NCBI GenBank assembly: GCA_965223665.1
Contig: CBDCXH010000001.1
Coordinates: 1-36,972, forward strand
DNA length: 36,972 nt
Direction of reading: 5' to 3'
From: Nitrospinaceae bacterium
Lineage (GTDB): Bacteria > Nitrospinota > Nitrospinia > Nitrospinales > Nitrospinaceae
Below, piece after piece: positions 36,372 through 36,972 of the stretch. Positions within the stretch are counted from its first letter, which is position 1. Every line of letters starts with the position of its first letter. The position numbers and the translations under genes were made by a program. The notes under the pieces were generated by a model. That model made no database searches. It was not told where the DNA came from and saw only the letters and a list, made by a program, of their open reading frames with translations.

Positions 36372-36497
36372 TTGGAATTTTGGATATGGATCAAACAAAA
36401 ACTGTTTGGAATTTTAGTATCAATACTTTTTCTTTTGATCGTCCTTGCAGTTTGGGGCTTTGATCAAATCGTCAAAAAATGGAGTGGTAAACCATGA
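36372..36497 (+). CDS. 41-aa hydrophobic peptide (not in the ORF track)
   Basis: AGGAGG (36362) then TTG; MEFWIWIKQKLFGILVSILFLLIVLAVWGFDQIVKKWSGKP*; ATGA overlap with the next ORF. Confidence 0.6.
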   Translation: MEFWIWIKQKLFGILVSILFLLIVLAVWGFDQIVKKWSGKP

Positions 36498-36685
36498 ACT
36501 TTTTTAACTGGATGGATTATTGGGGGATGAATGTTTTGTCCACGTTTATTCAAGAGCATCCTTACCTTTTGATGTGGGGATCCATTGCCATATCCACCGC
36601 GGCCGCCTCAATGTGTATTTTAGAAATTTCAGGGGACTTGGAAGATGTTTCAACAAAAAAATACAAAAACAACCAAAAGCAGTAA
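36494..36685 (+). CDS. Small membrane protein
   Basis: 63 aa with a hydrophobic segment; translationally coupled. Confidence 0.5.
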   Translation: MNFFNWMDYWGMNVLSTFIQEHPYLLMWGSIAISTAAASMCILEISGDLEDVSTKKYKNNQKQ

Positions 36686-36972
36686 ACCGAAAAAGCGTTC
36701 CATCTATTACCGCTTGGTGGACGCGGAACAAATTAAATTGTCGGAATCCGGCAAAGCTGTTCAGGTGCGGGTCAATTTGGTGAAACCGGACGGAAGCCGG
36801 CGGACTTGGAACTTATATTTTCCGGAGAAAAGAATCTCGATCAAACCGGATGGAGTTTTCGTTCCGCAATGGATGTTGGAATTAAAAAACAAAGAGCTTG
36901 TGGAAAATGCGATGAAGTTTTTTAAGATCGATTCGGAAGATAAATTGCGGGAACAAAATCGATTTGAAGAAA
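36645..36972 (+). CDS. 3'-truncated hypothetical protein
   Basis: ATG at 36645, open to the window end (MFQQKN..SESGKAVQV..FVPQWML..). Confidence 0.6.
   Translation, partial: MFQQKNTKTTKSSKPKKRSIYYRLVDAEQIKLSESGKAVQVRVNLVKPDGSRRTWNLYFPEKRISIKPDGVFVPQWMLELKNKELVENAMKFFKIDSEDKLREQNRFEE

Overview
Most of a temperate-type, lambda-like (cos-packaging) siphophage genome. Both window ends fall inside the rightward early operon. 1-2.4 kb: nuclease-like gene, a replication initiator with a C-terminal DnaA domain I, VRR-NUC, and a chromosome-type parS palindrome. 2.5-27.8 kb (+): gpZ, a lambda-like cosQ/cosN, Nu1/gpA terminase, portal, S49 protease/scaffold, Mu-gpT-type capsid, tail tube, G/GT chaperones, tape measure, tail tip, fibre/tailspike genes and a holin-like gene. 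27.8-34.8 kb (mostly -): an AT-rich accessory/defence array (DUF4145, two paralogous lipoproteins, a divergent QueC, Rap1a-like immunity protein, Shedu). The array is punctuated by five copies of a ~60-bp promoter repeat and by displaced copies of neighbouring genes' 3' ends, suggesting repeated target-duplicating cassette insertion. 34.8-37 kb: XRE repressor, switch region, structured leaders and early genes. No integrase or endolysin was recognised. Several homopolymer frameshifts in the first 5.6 kb are probably sequencing errors. All family calls come from motif recognition by eye, not from database searches.
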